NCBI RefSeq assembly: GCF_030684315.1
Contig: NC_081355.1
Location: 16,234,761-16,298,760, forward strand
Reading direction: 5' to 3'
Source of the DNA: Stegostoma tigrinum
Lineage: Eukaryota
Length of the DNA stretch: 64,000 bases
A program made the position numbers and the translations under genes. Of the stretch, positions 50,761 through 64,000 are shown one piece after another. Within the stretch, counting starts at the first letter, position 1; every line of letters starts with the position of its first letter. Under the pieces are notes generated by a model. That model saw only the letters and a list, made by a program, of their open reading frames with translations. It did not search any database and was not told where the DNA came from.

Positions 50761-52180
50761 GATGATCCTGCCCAGTTTGCCTATTCACCTGCTGTTCTAT
50801 TGTAATGATTTAGGTTTCCATTTGTCTTGCATTTTGTTCCTTCACTTGTTCTATTACCACCCCAGAAAGCATTATTCTATTTTCCCTTTTATTATTTAAT
50901 CATATAGCTGTTCATTAAACATCTCTCTCTTTTCCCTAGCCATCTTTGTTGAAAAGTTAGAAGTCTAACATCACTGTTCTGATGCAAGATCTAAATTATC
51001 AACTCAGGTCCTCTCACCATATATGCTACCTGACTTACTGAGTGTTGCCAGGCGTTTCCATTTTAGACTGTTGGCTGGAAAGATTTATGAGAAATGTGTC
51101 TTTTTCCCCCTCAATGTCTTTAGTTCAATTCCATTTTCATCATTGTTACTTAGAGATTCTACAAGTTCCCTCAGCTAATGTGCGCATCTATGATGTCCAC
51201 TGATAAGCTTTCCCCTCTTTAGCCATTATTAGGGCAGACTTTTTAAAAATTATTTTTCTCCCAAATCCATTATGCAAATAAAGTAACAGGAAAACAGATG
51301 AGTAATGTTAATAGCTGGAAAAACCAATAGACTGTTCATAAGTCAGAGACTTTTACACTCAACTTGCTGAGAAACCTTTCATCGAGAAAGCTCCAAGTCA
51401 AAAAGCAACTCCTCATACATTCCCTTTCATCTACTTTCCCATTACCCAATTTTCCTGTACATTATACACATCAAATTATGGACATTTCTAGTCATTTAAG
51501 ACCAACCAGGCTCAAATAATGCCACACAAAATTGTGCCTGCTCACGCACTAAGAAGGAATATGTAACTATTGCTGAAAGTCGTTGGGTGTCAACCTCTTT
51601 CTGGCCAACATAAATCTACTCATCTGATTGTTTTTCAGAATATGTCAATTTAGTATGGATCTAGTCAACAATTTCAAAGCTCTGAATATGACCAGTCCAT
51701 AGTTTCTTTGTCCAGCATCTAAAGGATTCAAGGGACAGTAAGAGTCTATGTACAAAAGTGCCTCAATACAGAAAGCAGAGAGTAAACTGGAAAACTGTCA
51801 TTATTCAGGCTGGAGGTAAACACATTAGCATCCAACATGGGTCACTATTAAAACAATTGCCCAGTTGGATATATACGAATAACTTTGCTTTGGTTACAGG
51901 GAGCAAAATTTCCAAGTTTGCAGAAAATACAAAACTTAAATGGGGTGGAATGGGGGTGAAAGGTTTTAAGGGCAAGCAGGAATGCAGATTTGAGGCTATA
52001 ATCAATCATCGGCCATTATCTTAACGATTGGAGTAGACGACTCACAGGGCTGAATTGTCTATTCCCAATTCATATATATGCATGAATGAAAGAAGGACAA
52101 AGCGCAAAAGTAAAATAGTTTGGCTGAACGATTGTAATTTAAGAATGAACAAACCGGAGAAAGAAAACTCTCAAACTTAC

Positions 52181-52300
52181 ATTTGATGCATTTAGGAAGT
52201 TCCCTATAGCCAGTAATGTTGCCAGGATGTATCTTAAAGTTTTATTGTTTTCTAACTGGTCCATTCCTTCTTTCAAGTCTTGCAGAGGCTCCGCAACTTC
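52181..52300 (-). CDS. FHOD3: FHOD3 coding exon (FH2; [16 protein letters not shown]...[11 protein letters not shown])
   Basis: Contains the formin FH2 GNFLN motif. Acceptor cgcag, donor GTAAGT, 120 nt, phase 0/0. Confidence 0.95.
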
Positions 52301-52731
52301 CTGCGAGTATGACATAAGCATACTGTATCACCAAGGTCACAAGCACTTGTTACATTATGCACTGTATAATATTTTAAAAATCATTCGTGTGTGTCATTAG
52401 CTGTGGCAGCATTATTGCCCATCACTAGTTACCCTTGAGAAGGTGGTGGCAAGCTGCTGATTAACGTTCAGCCAAACATCAACTTCTCTATGATCCTTCA
52501 ATAAAGCTGAATGCTATTTATACATTCAAATCTCGTAAGCTGCATTACACCAAGAAATTTGTGTCTGTGAAAAAGGCAGCTCGTGAACATTAGTTGTGAA
52601 AATTCCTGGCTTGGCCTAACAGTAGCCTCAATTTCATTTGCAATTCCATACAATTTAGCAGATTCAGATGCATTGTGGCATCAGCTGTTCAGTGCTGAGC
52701 AGGGAATTATATTCATGTAAGATATAAACCT

Positions 52732-52805
52732 TCAAACTATACTCAGTTGCAGTGTTGGCATACTATCAAACTATACTCAGTTGCAGTGTTGGCATACTAT
52801 CAAAC
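52732..52805. repeat. Perfect 34-bp tandem duplication (2.2 copies)
   Basis: tcaaactatactcagttgcagtgttggcatacta twice, followed by tcaaac. Confidence 0.95.
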
Positions 52806-53132
52806 ATTGTACCCTCATTAACGATCCCCTGGCAGCCAATAAATATGCACTGGTTTAAAGTGAACTAAAATGATTCTTGCAATCATTGCCTTGTACAAAA
52901 ATACACCCCTTGACAGTTACTCTCTCACTTTTATTCCACCCCTTATCAGTGAGAAAACGTCAATCTCATTAATATCCCTAACTGGTAGCAAGTCATAGTT
53001 GTTGTAAGCAACAAAAGGCTAAAGATGCGATTGCATTTTACTTAGTTATCCATTGAAGCGGGCATCATAGGGCCATACTCTTAATCAAATGCTGCACATA
53101 TAAACAAATTTTTTTTTCTGCATTGCAGTTAC

Positions 53133-53315
53133 CTTCTCAACTGTCTCATAGTCTAGCTTGAAGGCCCAGAGTTGGAGTCTGGCTGAGAGTTCACTAATAG
53201 AAGACAAAGTAAGAAGAAACTGCTCTGCAGAACCCAAAGGAATGTCGGGATTCAGCAACTGGGCCTCCTGGATCTTCTGCTTTTCCTCTTCACTGGGAAT
53301 CATGGTCAGGATTTT
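53133..53315 (-). CDS. FHOD3: FHOD3 coding exon (FH2 domain; [20 protein letters not shown]...[12 protein letters not shown]); first exon found in the window, earlier exons apparently lie beyond 64000
   Basis: Translation matches the FHOD-family FH2 sequence. Acceptor ttttag at 53316, donor GTAACT at 53132, 183 nt, phase 0/0. Confidence 0.95.
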
Positions 53316-54646
53316 CTAAAACAAAATCAGATACATGACAGCCATTTAATTATCAATTGCCTGCAGGATTTGGGATTTTTTTTATATTTTGTGGGTCTGT
53401 GCATTTTACTTTGGAGAGTGACATTCTACATAGGACCATCTGCTGGTTATACAATTAAGGTTAGTCACTCTTCTTTTCCAATGTTTGAGCAGGAGAGAAT
53501 CAGAATTCTTAAACCCTCAATGTTAACTTGTCTAACGGCATGTTGGACAAAGGTCTGAAGGGTGACGTGCAATCCATCTGACTTGTAAATATTTGAATAC
53601 ACAATATATCAAATCTTAGGGTGAACATTGAAAGGAAATTCAGTAGCAAACTGTATTTAAAAAGTGAAACTCTCAATTCTGGCCAGCTCTCAGTTAGATT
53701 CTACAAGAATGCGCTCTCCTCACAATCGACCTTGGGCACTTTGAGAGACATGACAAATACTGGTCCTATAATAGATAAAAATTTGAAAAAAAAAACAAAA
53801 ATCTGCTCAGTAGCATACAGGGAAGTACATTAGAGATATTAAAAATGAAACTAGATGCTATATTATCAGACAAGGCAGCCAAAAAAATGAATGGGTGAAA
53901 TAGCCTTTTCTCTCATTTCTTCATTAACTGCTCAGTAACAGTAACATCAGAGTAGGAAAGTCACGACTTCCAGACACACTTCAGAGATGCGAGCACGTAA
54001 TGCAGATCACCAATGCAATACAGTGCTGAGGAAGGGAAAAAAAAATATTAAACCGAGACCCTGTCTGCTCTCTCAGGCCAGTTTAATAGACCCCATGGCA
54101 TTACTTCGAATAAGAGCAGGGAAATCTTTGATGTTCTGACTAATATCTAACCCTCAATCAACAGCTTAATTGGGAAACCAACTGCCTCAACAGGAGGCTC
54201 ATCTTGACTCATTCCATACCTTTATGCATGGTCAGAAAGGGACAGAGAAATCCACTGGAAGCTTACCTCTATACCTTCTTTATTCAAGGCATATTCATCA
54301 AAGTTCAGAATTGCAGTCTTAATTGTTCTTGGTGGTGGCAATACGGTCAGTCCAATGTTAATGGCATTGCTCCGTTTGGAGTCTAACACAATGATTTCCT
54401 GTCTCTTCCCATCTGCAGCCGTTTTCTGAGATAAAAAGTTACATATTCATACAGAATTAGACGACACACACAAGATAGCTTTTGAGGTCTCAGAATGTTG
54501 GCTATTTGTTTAGGATAGACGACATTGCTGAGAAATACCAGGGTGCTAAAGATAAAAATACACCTTTCCTTGAGCACACTTTCCATGTCTATTCTCTTTC
54601 AAAGAAAGGGGTAGTAAGGAGTCACAAGCACTTCCTCTGCTAACTT

Positions 54647-54976
54647 ACACAATCCCTGCAGTGTGGAAAGAGGCCCTTCAGCCCAACAAGTTCACACCGA
54701 TCCTCCGAAGCGCATCCCACCCAGACCATTCCCCTACCCTACATTTCCCTTGCCTAATCCAAACATCCCAAAACACGACAGGCAATTTAGCCTGGCCAAT
54801 CCACCTAGCCTGCACATCTTTGGGCTGTGGGAGGAAACCAGAGCACTCGGAGGAAATCCACACAGACACGGGGAGAATACGTAAACACCACACGGAAAGT
54901 CGCCAGAGGCTGGAATCGAACCTGGGTCCCCGGCGCTGTGAGGCAGCAGTGCTAACCGCTGAGTCACTGTGCTGCC
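54647..54976 (-). mobile_element. tRNA-derived SINE (HE1-like)
   Basis: ggctggaatcgaacctgggtccccggcgctgtgaggcagcagtgctaaccgctgagtcactgtgctgcc. Confidence 0.88.
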
Positions 54977-56839
54977 AAACTCCGAGGGTGACTGCCACAT
55001 CAATGCTCCAATTCCACCTACTTCCCACAAAGATCTTTGTGTCCCACTTAAACGCGCACTCTAAGTTGTGTTTTTTTTAAAACAATAAAAAGAAGAATAA
55101 TCGAGGAACATTTCCGTTTTGTACATGATTATACCCTGATGTAAATGTTCTAATCCACTGATTGTTAGATCAATGACATTGTAGCTCAATCCCATCTCTG
55201 AATCACAATGTGGCGGATTCAAATCTAATTTGAGCCCTGGGGCTCAAAAATCACAGTTAAATCTAATGCATTTCTGAAAGAGCGCAGTTCTGGTAGAGGT
55301 CACAACTTATCGGTAAGTACCTGCTGGTCTTCTGAAGGGGAAAAAGATCCCACAGACAATTTTGAAGAAGAATTGCAAGAGAATTATATCTGGTAACTTA
55401 GCCAACATTTATGCCTTAATTAATATCAGAAAAACTGATTTCCTGGCATTAACACATTGCTCGCAAGAGTTCACTGAATTGCACCAGTCTAAGTTGGGTG
55501 ATGTAAGTTTGGCATGTTCGTGATCACCATTTGTAACGTGCCCCTGATTGATCTTGGTAAGTATGAGCAGGTCACGGTTACCACTTAGATACAGTGGGAG
55601 AAAAATGGGAAAGAGATCATATCAAAATATGAAGCAGTAGAACACATGAACAGCTTAGGAGCGGATCAATTACCTGTCAACTCAGACTGACACTGGTGTC
55701 TTGTCTAGAGAAACAGCTTCAAAAATAACTTAAGGGGGGAAACACAACTCAAGAAAAAAAGGATAAGAATGTGTACTCTTCGTGTACGAATGAACACAAA
55801 GGATCTCGTGACCTTACAGGAACCATTCACTTATTAGGAAAACAGTCTTCAAAATGAAAACATACACGAATTTCCAATAAAAAAAACATCTGTAGGAATG
55901 ATTTCCTGGTAATTCCACCTGCAGAATATTATAACATAGAATGACTGGAACGCACAAAAGCCCACAGACTCTCTTTTCAGAGAATATTGTAGGAGAGAAA
56001 AGAAAACCAAAGCAAACACACACTGCCCTTTGAGAGCCACAGGAGTCTTTCAAGGCTGAAATGGAAGACTGTAGTTTTGTGGTTCATTGCGACAGCTGTT
56101 GACTCGATATCATTCTTTTTCCTATCTCATTTCAAATGAACATTCTCTGTTAGGATGCTACAGGAGCTTTATTTCAGAAAGGCTGTTGAAAACCTGGTAA
56201 GAATGAGGTTGACATGGAGTTGGAGAGGGGTGTACCAATAAGACTGACCACAAATTACTACCTGGCTGACACAAGCCACCTGCATTATTACAATGCACCT
56301 TTAACCACCAAAGGCATTGAATCATACATTAGAAAATATGTTCTACTTACATTCTAATGCCTTGCTAAAGTAACCATTTCTCCCTGATTTTTCAACTCAC
56401 TTCTGTTTTTATTCCTGATTTACAGCATCTGCAGTTCTTTTGGTTTTTAACCGTTTTTCGCAATGTATTAGCAAAGGCCCTGAATACAAGGGGTTCTACA
56501 GCAGAGTTTGATTCTGCCATCTTCCACAGTCTGTAACTTTACACTTTCCAGTATGGGTCAGAGTCCATTTACGTTTCAGGTTAGAAAGGGCACTTATTGT
56601 ATCTCTAGTCCAGTCAAGGCCAATTAACTCAACGTAGATGACTCCAAGAGGAACTGCCTCATCTATATAATCCCATTTCCCACATTGGGCAATGAATTCC
56701 CAAATTAACTATCAAGAAAACCCCACAATAAGATTTAGAATAGAATTTTTTAGCATTCTATTTGATTAGAAACAGACTGTTAATGTTGACTGGTGCCAAG
56801 TCACCTTTTTATTTAAATAGATGCCAATAGAATGCTATT

Positions 56840-57250
56840 AATTAGGGTTGAGAGGTGTCCTTTTAGAAGTTTATAAAATCATGAGGAGTATAGATATGTA
56901 GGTAAAGAGGAGTTAATGGTAGGTGTCTTCACCATAGGGTGAGGGATTTCAAGACGAGGAGGCATGTTTGTAAGTCGAGAGGCACACAAAGACGGGCAGA
57001 GAGAGACTTAAATAACATGAGGGGCCAAATTTTTGCATAAAGCATGGCTCATATGCGGAATGAACTTCCTGACAAAGTGGTGTTTGCGAGCACAGTTACA
57101 ATGTTTAAAAGGCACATGCATAAGTACACAAGTAGGAAAGGTTTGGAGGAATATGGGCCAGGAGTGGGCAGGTGCGACTATTTAGTTTTGGATTATGATT
57201 ATCATAGACTGCAGGGACCAATGGGTCTGTTTCTGCGTATAACAGGATTC
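56840..57250 (+). mobile_element. CR1 3' end fragment
   Basis: agaagtttataaaatcatgagg..., NELPDKVV motif and CR1 3' UTR. Confidence 0.75.
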
Positions 57251-57714
57251 AATCACACATTGAAATAGTGGACACTACATTCTAAGCCAGTAAACTGTAG
57301 GAACAAATTGACTAGAGTGTTAACTTTCCAACTGGTGGGTCAGTAGAAAAATACTGCTACCAGCAGGTATACAATTTCATCCCCTTCTACCTGTCATAGC
57401 TGCATAAGATGAAGTACAAAAATTATTATAAAACAAAAAGCTAATCTTGATCAGGCAAGACTGACAGTCAAGATGAAGGTGTTGCCATTACACTGGAGAG
57501 GGTTAATGGTTCCAGATCACTATAAATATCTCCAGCCTACATCTGCATTCTCTCCAGAGGTATATTTTAACACTACAAAACCTTGCTTAGGCAAGAATGT
57601 ACTCAGGAAAATGTGTTCCTCGCATTTCTGTAGCTATGTTGGCAAGGCTAGGCTATGCTTATTTAGAACAGGTGGCTTTTATTGGAAATAAAATTCAGCA
57701 CTTACTGGGGACCT

Positions 57715-58635
57715 GAACTAAGAACAGAAAATGCTGGGAAAACTCAGCAGGTCTGGCAGTATCTGTGGAGACAGAAACAAGGTTAATGTTTCAACACCAA
57801 TTTAATTCTTCGTTGGAACTTCAGGAAGTGTTGAAAAATGTGGGGAAGAGTAAGTGGAACAGGAGGGAAGGTCAGAGGGCAAAGTGAGCTCAAGATCACA
57901 GGTGTCACAGTGGAGAGAGGGAGGGAGGGGGCATGCAGGGGAAGGAGGGTGCGTGCCAAGAGAGAACAGATATTAAATTTAATGTCAAGTCCAGAAGGCT
58001 GTACAGTTCCTAAATAGAAAATGAGGCACTATTCTTCCACTTTGTATGGAGCTTCACGGGAAAACTAGGACAGAAACATGAACAGGAAAGCCGGGTAGTG
58101 TATTGAAAATGACAGGACGGACTTGGGATCATGCTTGCAGACTCAGCAGAGGTGACCTGCAAAGTGGTCATCCTGTCTGCGTTTGGTCTTCTGGTCAAGC
58201 CTGACACAAGCTGGAGGACCAACACCCCATTCACGTTTTGGCATTTTACAGGATTTGGGATTCAGTGTTAAGTTCAACAAATTCAGATCTTGAACATCAA
58301 GTTCCATCTGGTTTTCCTTGCCTTTTTCTCTTCATCTGATTCCCCCTAAGCAAGTCTGATTCTCTGGCAGAGCTGACCAATATTCTGCACTTCTCTGGAC
58401 CTATCCTCTCTACACCATTACCACTCTCTTTGCCTTTTTTGTCCTGTGACACCCATGACCTCCCTTACTTTCTAGCCTTCCCTTCTGCTCCACATGCTTC
58501 TCCCCATTATTGTCCACAGTACATTTTCTCTTCAGTTCTGAAGAGGAGTCATCATGGATTCAAACATTAAACATGCTTCTCTAATCACAGATTCTGCCAG
58601 ACCTGCTCAGTTTTTCCAGCATTCCCTTTCCATTA
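57715..58635. mobile_element. Older, longer inverted pair of PLE 3' fragments
   Basis: The left part (57715-58190) is a minus-strand terminus plus GIY-YIG remnant. The right part (58205-58635) is the plus-strand equivalent, ending ...ctgccagacctgctcagtttttccagcatt. Confidence 0.6.
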
Positions 58636-60909
58636 TGGATTTTATTGCACCCATGTATAAATGAAAGCAACACTCTTGCATTCATTGATATTACCCTTTT
58701 AGTTCACTGTTTCTCCTCATGGCAAAATGTGCCAGAGGGGGAGCGTGTGAATCAGGGCACAAGCCAGCTTCAAATGAAACAGAACAAGGGGAGGCCACAC
58801 CCTGGGTCAACGGTAATGTGACACACTCTACCGCATATTTAAAGGTTTATGGAAGGCACTATAGTCAGTGCTGCTCAAAAGGTTTGAAATTTGAAATGGC
58901 TGAGACAGTGCACACTGTGAAATCACAATTTCTTCCAGAATACGACCGGCACAATCTTCTTATTTGCGTGATCAAAATAAAACTAAACATGGCATTACCA
59001 CAGAACTCAGAGGGAGAGGATGATAAGAAACTGAAGCTGCATATAGAAGGAATGAAACTTGGCCATAGATTTGAAGACATACACAACATTAATGGAAGGA
59101 ATGGATGGTTATTCTATAGGGCTGGATGAATTAGGGCAAGAGGAGCTTCGTGTGGTGTAAACCCAGGCATAAACCAATTAAGCTGAATAGCCTGTTTCTC
59201 TGCAGCACATTCTCAGCGAAGGTACTCAAGTGGGAACTGGTTAATTTTTGATTTGGTAAATTTTGTTCAGAACATATTTTCCACTCCAGAGGATGTGCGG
59301 AGGAAATATCAGCAGAAGATGAGTTTAAATCCAGACTGTCTTTGGAATAGATTGCTGGAAGATCCAAAAATACCATGGTATTTCAGCAAAGACAATTATT
59401 TGGATCGAAGCCACACATGATGATTCTAAGTGCTATGAAAGATCAGAGAGTGGGGAGAGGTGCAATTGGTTAATATCGCTCATGAAAAGCCTGCATATAG
59501 TGACCCCATTTAAGCACTGCAGCATCCTTGAATTTGCATTGAAGAGACTGATAGGTGTTACAAAGGGCACAGCTGTTAATCTTGCAGCTACATGTAAGAC
59601 AAAGAATGAATGCATCTTACTTTTAATGTAAAAAGTCTCTATTAGCAGAAAAACATAAATGGCTAAACAATGACTAAGCAGTCCACCAAGGATCAACAAC
59701 AAATTGGAGAGAACACTATCAACATTGGTGAATTGATAAACAGAGTCATAGAATTGTACAGCACAGAAGCAGACCTTTCAGTCCAACTCATCCAAGCTGA
59801 CCAGATATTCCAAATTAATCTAATCTACTCTTTTGTTTCATTTGGATTAAACCAATATAAGAACTGCACTGAGATATTTTGAGGTGAGGACTGCTAGACT
59901 GCTGAGACTGAATACGGTTTTGTCACCCACAATATGGCAAATTTGGCAGCTATCTTAACACTGCTAATGACACACATGATCATAGTTGTGCTGAATAGTT
60001 TCTCCAATCATCACCATTAGTAGCAGGAGGTAGGGCCGGAAGAAAATTACACATCTAATGTCGTGGAGGCAGTGTTTTGATTTTGGGAGCAGGAGCTGTT
60101 AATGAACTCTGAGCAGTTAGTGAGAAATTCAATTAGAACAGATCATTAACTGGATCTTGCACTTGATCAAAATATTCTTGATGTACCTCATGCCCCTATT
60201 TAGTACCATTTCCACTATGCTGCTATAATTCTGTTACATGGATTCAACAATGAGCCAGGGAGACAATACAAGATTGACAAAATCTGATATTTACAGTCAG
60301 GAAACTGCATTATATCAGATTACACATTCCACTGCAACTAGAGGACAGGATTTTTGGTATTACAATGACAGAAACCATCTGTCGAGCTCAAAATTTCATT
60401 CCTACACATGATGTATACAGCAACAACAATTTCTATCTATTTAGCACCTTCAGTTCAGTAAGAGGCCCTCAGCACTTGACAGGAACAGTGAAATAAAATT
60501 TGACACAGAGACTCTCAGAGAAAATTAGGGTGGGTGAATAAACATTTTATCAGGTTGGCTGGTTTTAATGAACATGTTAAAGGGGAGACAACAGACAGTG
60601 ATGTTTAGAGCCAAAACCATCAAAAATACAGGGATTAAAATTTGGTGGACAGGGGGCTAAATGAGAGAACTTAGAGAAGGAGAAAGATTTCAGGGAGGGG
60701 TAAAGCTGTAGGGATTTGAAAATATGTAGAGAATTTTAAAATTTAGGCATTGTTAAACTGGGGAGGAAGCAGAGGTCAAAGAGTAGAGAGGTATTTGAAA
60801 ACATAACATGGAATGGCTACTTGAATTTCAATGATATTAAAATGATACCAAAGTTTTTACATACTATAATGTATGATGGGGAAGAAAGAAACAGTGCTAA
60901 GGATAAGAG

Positions 60910-61565
60910 AACAGTGAAGATAGTGTTTGCCTTCATTGGTCAGTGCATTTATCACTGCAGTTGGGAGGTCATGTTGCAGTTGTACAGGACACTGGTTGGG
61001 TCACTTTTGGAACACACCAAGCAATTTTGGTCCCCTCGCTATAGGAAGGATGTCGTGAAACTTGAAAGGGTTCAGAGAAGGTTTACAAGGACGTTGCCAG
61101 GGTAGGACGGTTTGAGCTATAAGGGAGAAGCTGAATAGGCTGGGGCTATTTTCCCTGGAGTGTCAGAGGCTGAGGGGTGAGCTTATTGACGTTCATAAAA
61201 TCTTGAGGGACATGGATAGGGCGAATAGCCAATATCTTTTCCCCAGGATGAGGGAGTCCAAAATTAGAGGGCATAAGTTTGACCGGGGGGGGGGGGGGCG
61301 CAGGGATTTAAAAAGGGACCTAAGGGGCAACTCTTTCCACAGAGGGTGATGTGCATATGGAATAAGCTGCCAGAGGAAGTAGTTAAGACCGATACAATTA
61401 CAATATTTAAAAGGCATGTGGAAGGATATATGAATAGGAAGGGCTAAGAGGGATCTGAGCCAAACGCAGGCAATGGGATGTGAATAATTTAGAATATCTG
61501 GTTGGCATGGATGAGTTAGACTAAAGGGTCTGTTTTCAATCTGTGCAGCTCTGCGATAAGACTGT
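60910..61565 (+). mobile_element. CR1 3' fragment
   Basis: FAFIGQC...VMLQLYRTLV...FWSPRYRKDVVKLERVQRRFTR followed by 3' UTR. Confidence 0.88.
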
Positions 61566-62702
61566 GAAAGGTTGGAAAAGTCAGAAGCTCTTCCCAGGAA
61601 AGTCTTCCATAGCATCTAGCCGTTGATTAGGGTTTTTACACTAGAGCTTCATTCGAGCCCAGGATTTTTTCTTGTAATTTTGCAGCTGGGTATTAGGGTG
61701 AAGCCAATTTAATTTGAAAATTTTTAAATAGAAACCCGTAAAGCTTTGGAACTCGACATTAGACATCATCATAATGCTAAGTCACCGAGAGTAAAAGAGC
61801 AGAGGTATATAGTTGAAAAAACCTTGCAATAAACTCACTTCTAATGACCTTTTATTCTCAGTTACAGACAAAAAACCACAGGAATTTTGCCAACTCTGCT
61901 TGGTTTGTCAGGGTTACCTTTGAAATAGTTGCCAATGTCTTTCAATGTAGCGGATGTGTTCATTGCACACATGTCTAACAATTGTTTGGCATTACAAAAC
62001 CAAACTGTTGACTGATACACATCATGTGAAACCATTTGAACGTTTTATTTAACTCAGACCCAAGCTGTGGGTTGAAACTATAACAATGTTCCTTCACTTT
62101 TATTGTTCTGGGTTTGCCTCGAGTAATAAGCACACACTCTGAGTACAGGGATATCCGAAGCCTGCAATTACAATGCAGATGTTGGTCTACACCAACATTG
62201 CATCAAAAATGAACTTAAAAAGGGAAAATAGAAGAGACTCCATGCTAGGAGTAAAAGTATTTCAAAAACTGTTTGCTATAGGTGCGCGTTTTTTAATTGC
62301 GCAAAAAGGCTCTTGAAAGTTAGCAGTGAAAGGGCATGCTTACAACGACAATTTGTACAACTCATTGAAGGCTGTTACAGATATAAAATTGGTTACATCT
62401 GTACAAAGAAAGCTTCACAAAATTCTGAAAATCTGATCTTAAAGTAAGTTGTCAGTCACATATGCCTTTCCACCTTTCACTGTTGCACCTCCCCAAACAA
62501 AGAGAATATTTGCATTGTATCACACATTCTTTCAAATATTCCTCTTTCCCAGTAGTAGCAACTTTGATAACTTGGCCAAAACAGGCTACATGAATAATGG
62601 TGATAATAGCAGAGATACACAAAGCTCACCATTATTTATGTACAAATCAAACAGCAACCTCTACCGAAATAGTAGTTGGACACAAATGCACTGCTGTCCC
62701 AC

Positions 62703-62925
62703 GTAACAAGGGGTAGAGCTGGATGAACACAGGAGGCCAAGCAGCATCAGAGCAGCAGGGAGGTGGAGGCAAATGGAAGATGGATAAAGAAGCAGATAGC
62801 TGCAGAGGAGACAGACAGGTCAAGGAGGAAGGGCTGTAGCCAATAAAAGGTGAGTGTAGGTGCAGAGTTAGGGTGAGGGTGGGTCAGTCCAAGAAAAATA
62901 GACAGGTCAAGGATGCAGGGATTCA
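62703..62925 (-). mobile_element. PLE 3' fragment (family A variant)
   Basis: gtaacaagggg...gctggatgaacacaggaggccaagcagcatcagag terminus plus purine-rich spacer. Confidence 0.65.
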
Positions 62926-62934
62926 ATTTAAACA

Positions 62935-63160
62935 AAAAACAAATCTGGAATTGTGTGTCTAATGATGACCACGAATCCATGTTGATTACTGGAATAACCC
63001 ATCTGACTCACTAATGTCTTTCAGGGAAGGAAACTGCTATCCTTACCTGGTCTGGCATACATGTGACTCCAGGCCCACAGCAATGTGAGTGACTCTTCAC
63101 TGATGGGCCACCAATGCTGGTCTAGCCAGCAACACCCACATGACACAAATGAATAAAAAC
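62935..63160 (+). mobile_element. SINE/LINE 3' tail repeat (related minus-strand pieces at ~23170-23290 and ~52400-52460)
   Basis: Recurrent block ...aatgctggtctagccagc...aatgaataaaaa, whose reverse complement matches gcatttattgcccatc segments. Confidence 0.55.
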
Positions 63161-63589
63161 AAAAAATACCCAACAAACAACTTCTCTGACAATAAATCTT
63201 TATTACATGAAGTCTCATTCCTTTATACTTTAATTAATTAATTAGAGATTTAAAAAGATACTTTCCAAACATTTTCTTTATCTCTTACCCCTCTCAAATC
63301 AATCTTACTTTCCTTCTCCATTATGTTTTACTTTTACACCCAATTTTGCATTTAATAACACTATTCTAACTTCCTGATTCAGCTGCTGATCAATGATTTT
63401 CAACGTGGTTGGTTCCGAGTTTATGGATCCCAGATGCTTGTAGAAGGCACCAAGCTGTTGGGCTGACAGTAACATGCTATGCAAGAGCCCATTGAACGTT
63501 TATAGGCAAATGCAGGGTCAATGAACCGCTGGCACGCTTTGTTCATTGCTTCCAAAAACATCTAACCTCACGTTTATTGGTGCTTGCAG

Positions 63590-63810
63590 AGGAGTCGGTT
63601 TAGCCTAGTTGATTAGATGCCTGGTTTACAATACAGAATGATGCCAACAGCATGCGTTCCAGTTCTATACAGGCTGAGGTTACCATGAAGAATCCTCCTT
63701 CCCAACCTCTCCTGAGGTGCGGGGACCCTCGAGTTAAACTACCACCAGATGTCTGTCTCTCATGAGAGCACAGCCCCATGATCTGTTAAGGCTATGGCTA
63801 TTTTAACTTT
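63590..63810 (+). mobile_element. SINE-like repeat (same family as 7250-7475)
   Basis: Colinear similarity with 7250-7475 over ~200 bp. Confidence 0.6.
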
Positions 63811-64000
63811 GCTTCCTGTTCCATCACAAGTTTGCAAAGTACAGGAATTGGGAGAACAGAAAGTTGAGAAAATAAAATCAGGTGACCGGTCAGCTCAAGA
63901 CCAAAGACCGTAAGATGTAGGAACAGAAATTAGGCCACTCAGCCATCAAAAGCTCCCCATTATTCAATCAGGTCATGGCTGGTCTGATAATATTTAACCC

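Noticed and set aside
52732-52805. CRISPR-like 34-bp direct repeat
   Set aside because: The copies are adjacent with no spacer, there are only two units, and the context is a vertebrate intron.
3105-53315. FHOD1 as the gene identity
   Set aside because: The T(D/E)5XE microexon, EHENMKAVL and the C-terminal LRRTLKSGLTPEEA fit FHOD3 better. A reciprocal BLAST would confirm.
53316-64000. Further upstream FHOD3 exon (expected ...[12 protein letters not shown]...KEGIE-like)
   Set aside because: No matching sequence was seen on the minus strand, so it probably lies beyond the window. A short exon could have been missed.

Overview
Eukaryotic genomic DNA, most likely from a cartilaginous fish (shark; inferred from the SINE/CR1/Penelope repeat complement). 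The window carries the 3' part of the formin gene FHOD3 on the minus strand. I mapped nine coding exons by hand with GT-AG boundaries and matching phases: 53133-53315, 52181-52300, 46382-46543, 41514-41704, 35013-35205, 22421-22444, 16312-16492, 13351-13512 and 3105-3187. They total 1299 nt (432 aa plus stop) and cover the C-terminal FH2 domain, the DAD and the basic tail. Two of them are easy to miss from the ORF track: the 24-nt acidic T(D/E)5XE muscle microexon (TDDEDDGE) and the terminal exon. The introns are filled with decayed CR1-type LINEs, tRNA-derived SINEs and Penelope-like element (PLE) fragments. The most striking non-genic pattern is about ten short (170-400 bp) fold-back insertions from four sequence families. 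Each is two inverted PLE 3' ends carrying intact, decayed or truncated minimal hammerhead-ribozyme cores. Most are flanked by 11-17 bp target-site duplications, and one arm usually has an extra ~30-36 nt tail. No CRISPR array or prokaryotic genes were found. Repeat boundaries are approximate.
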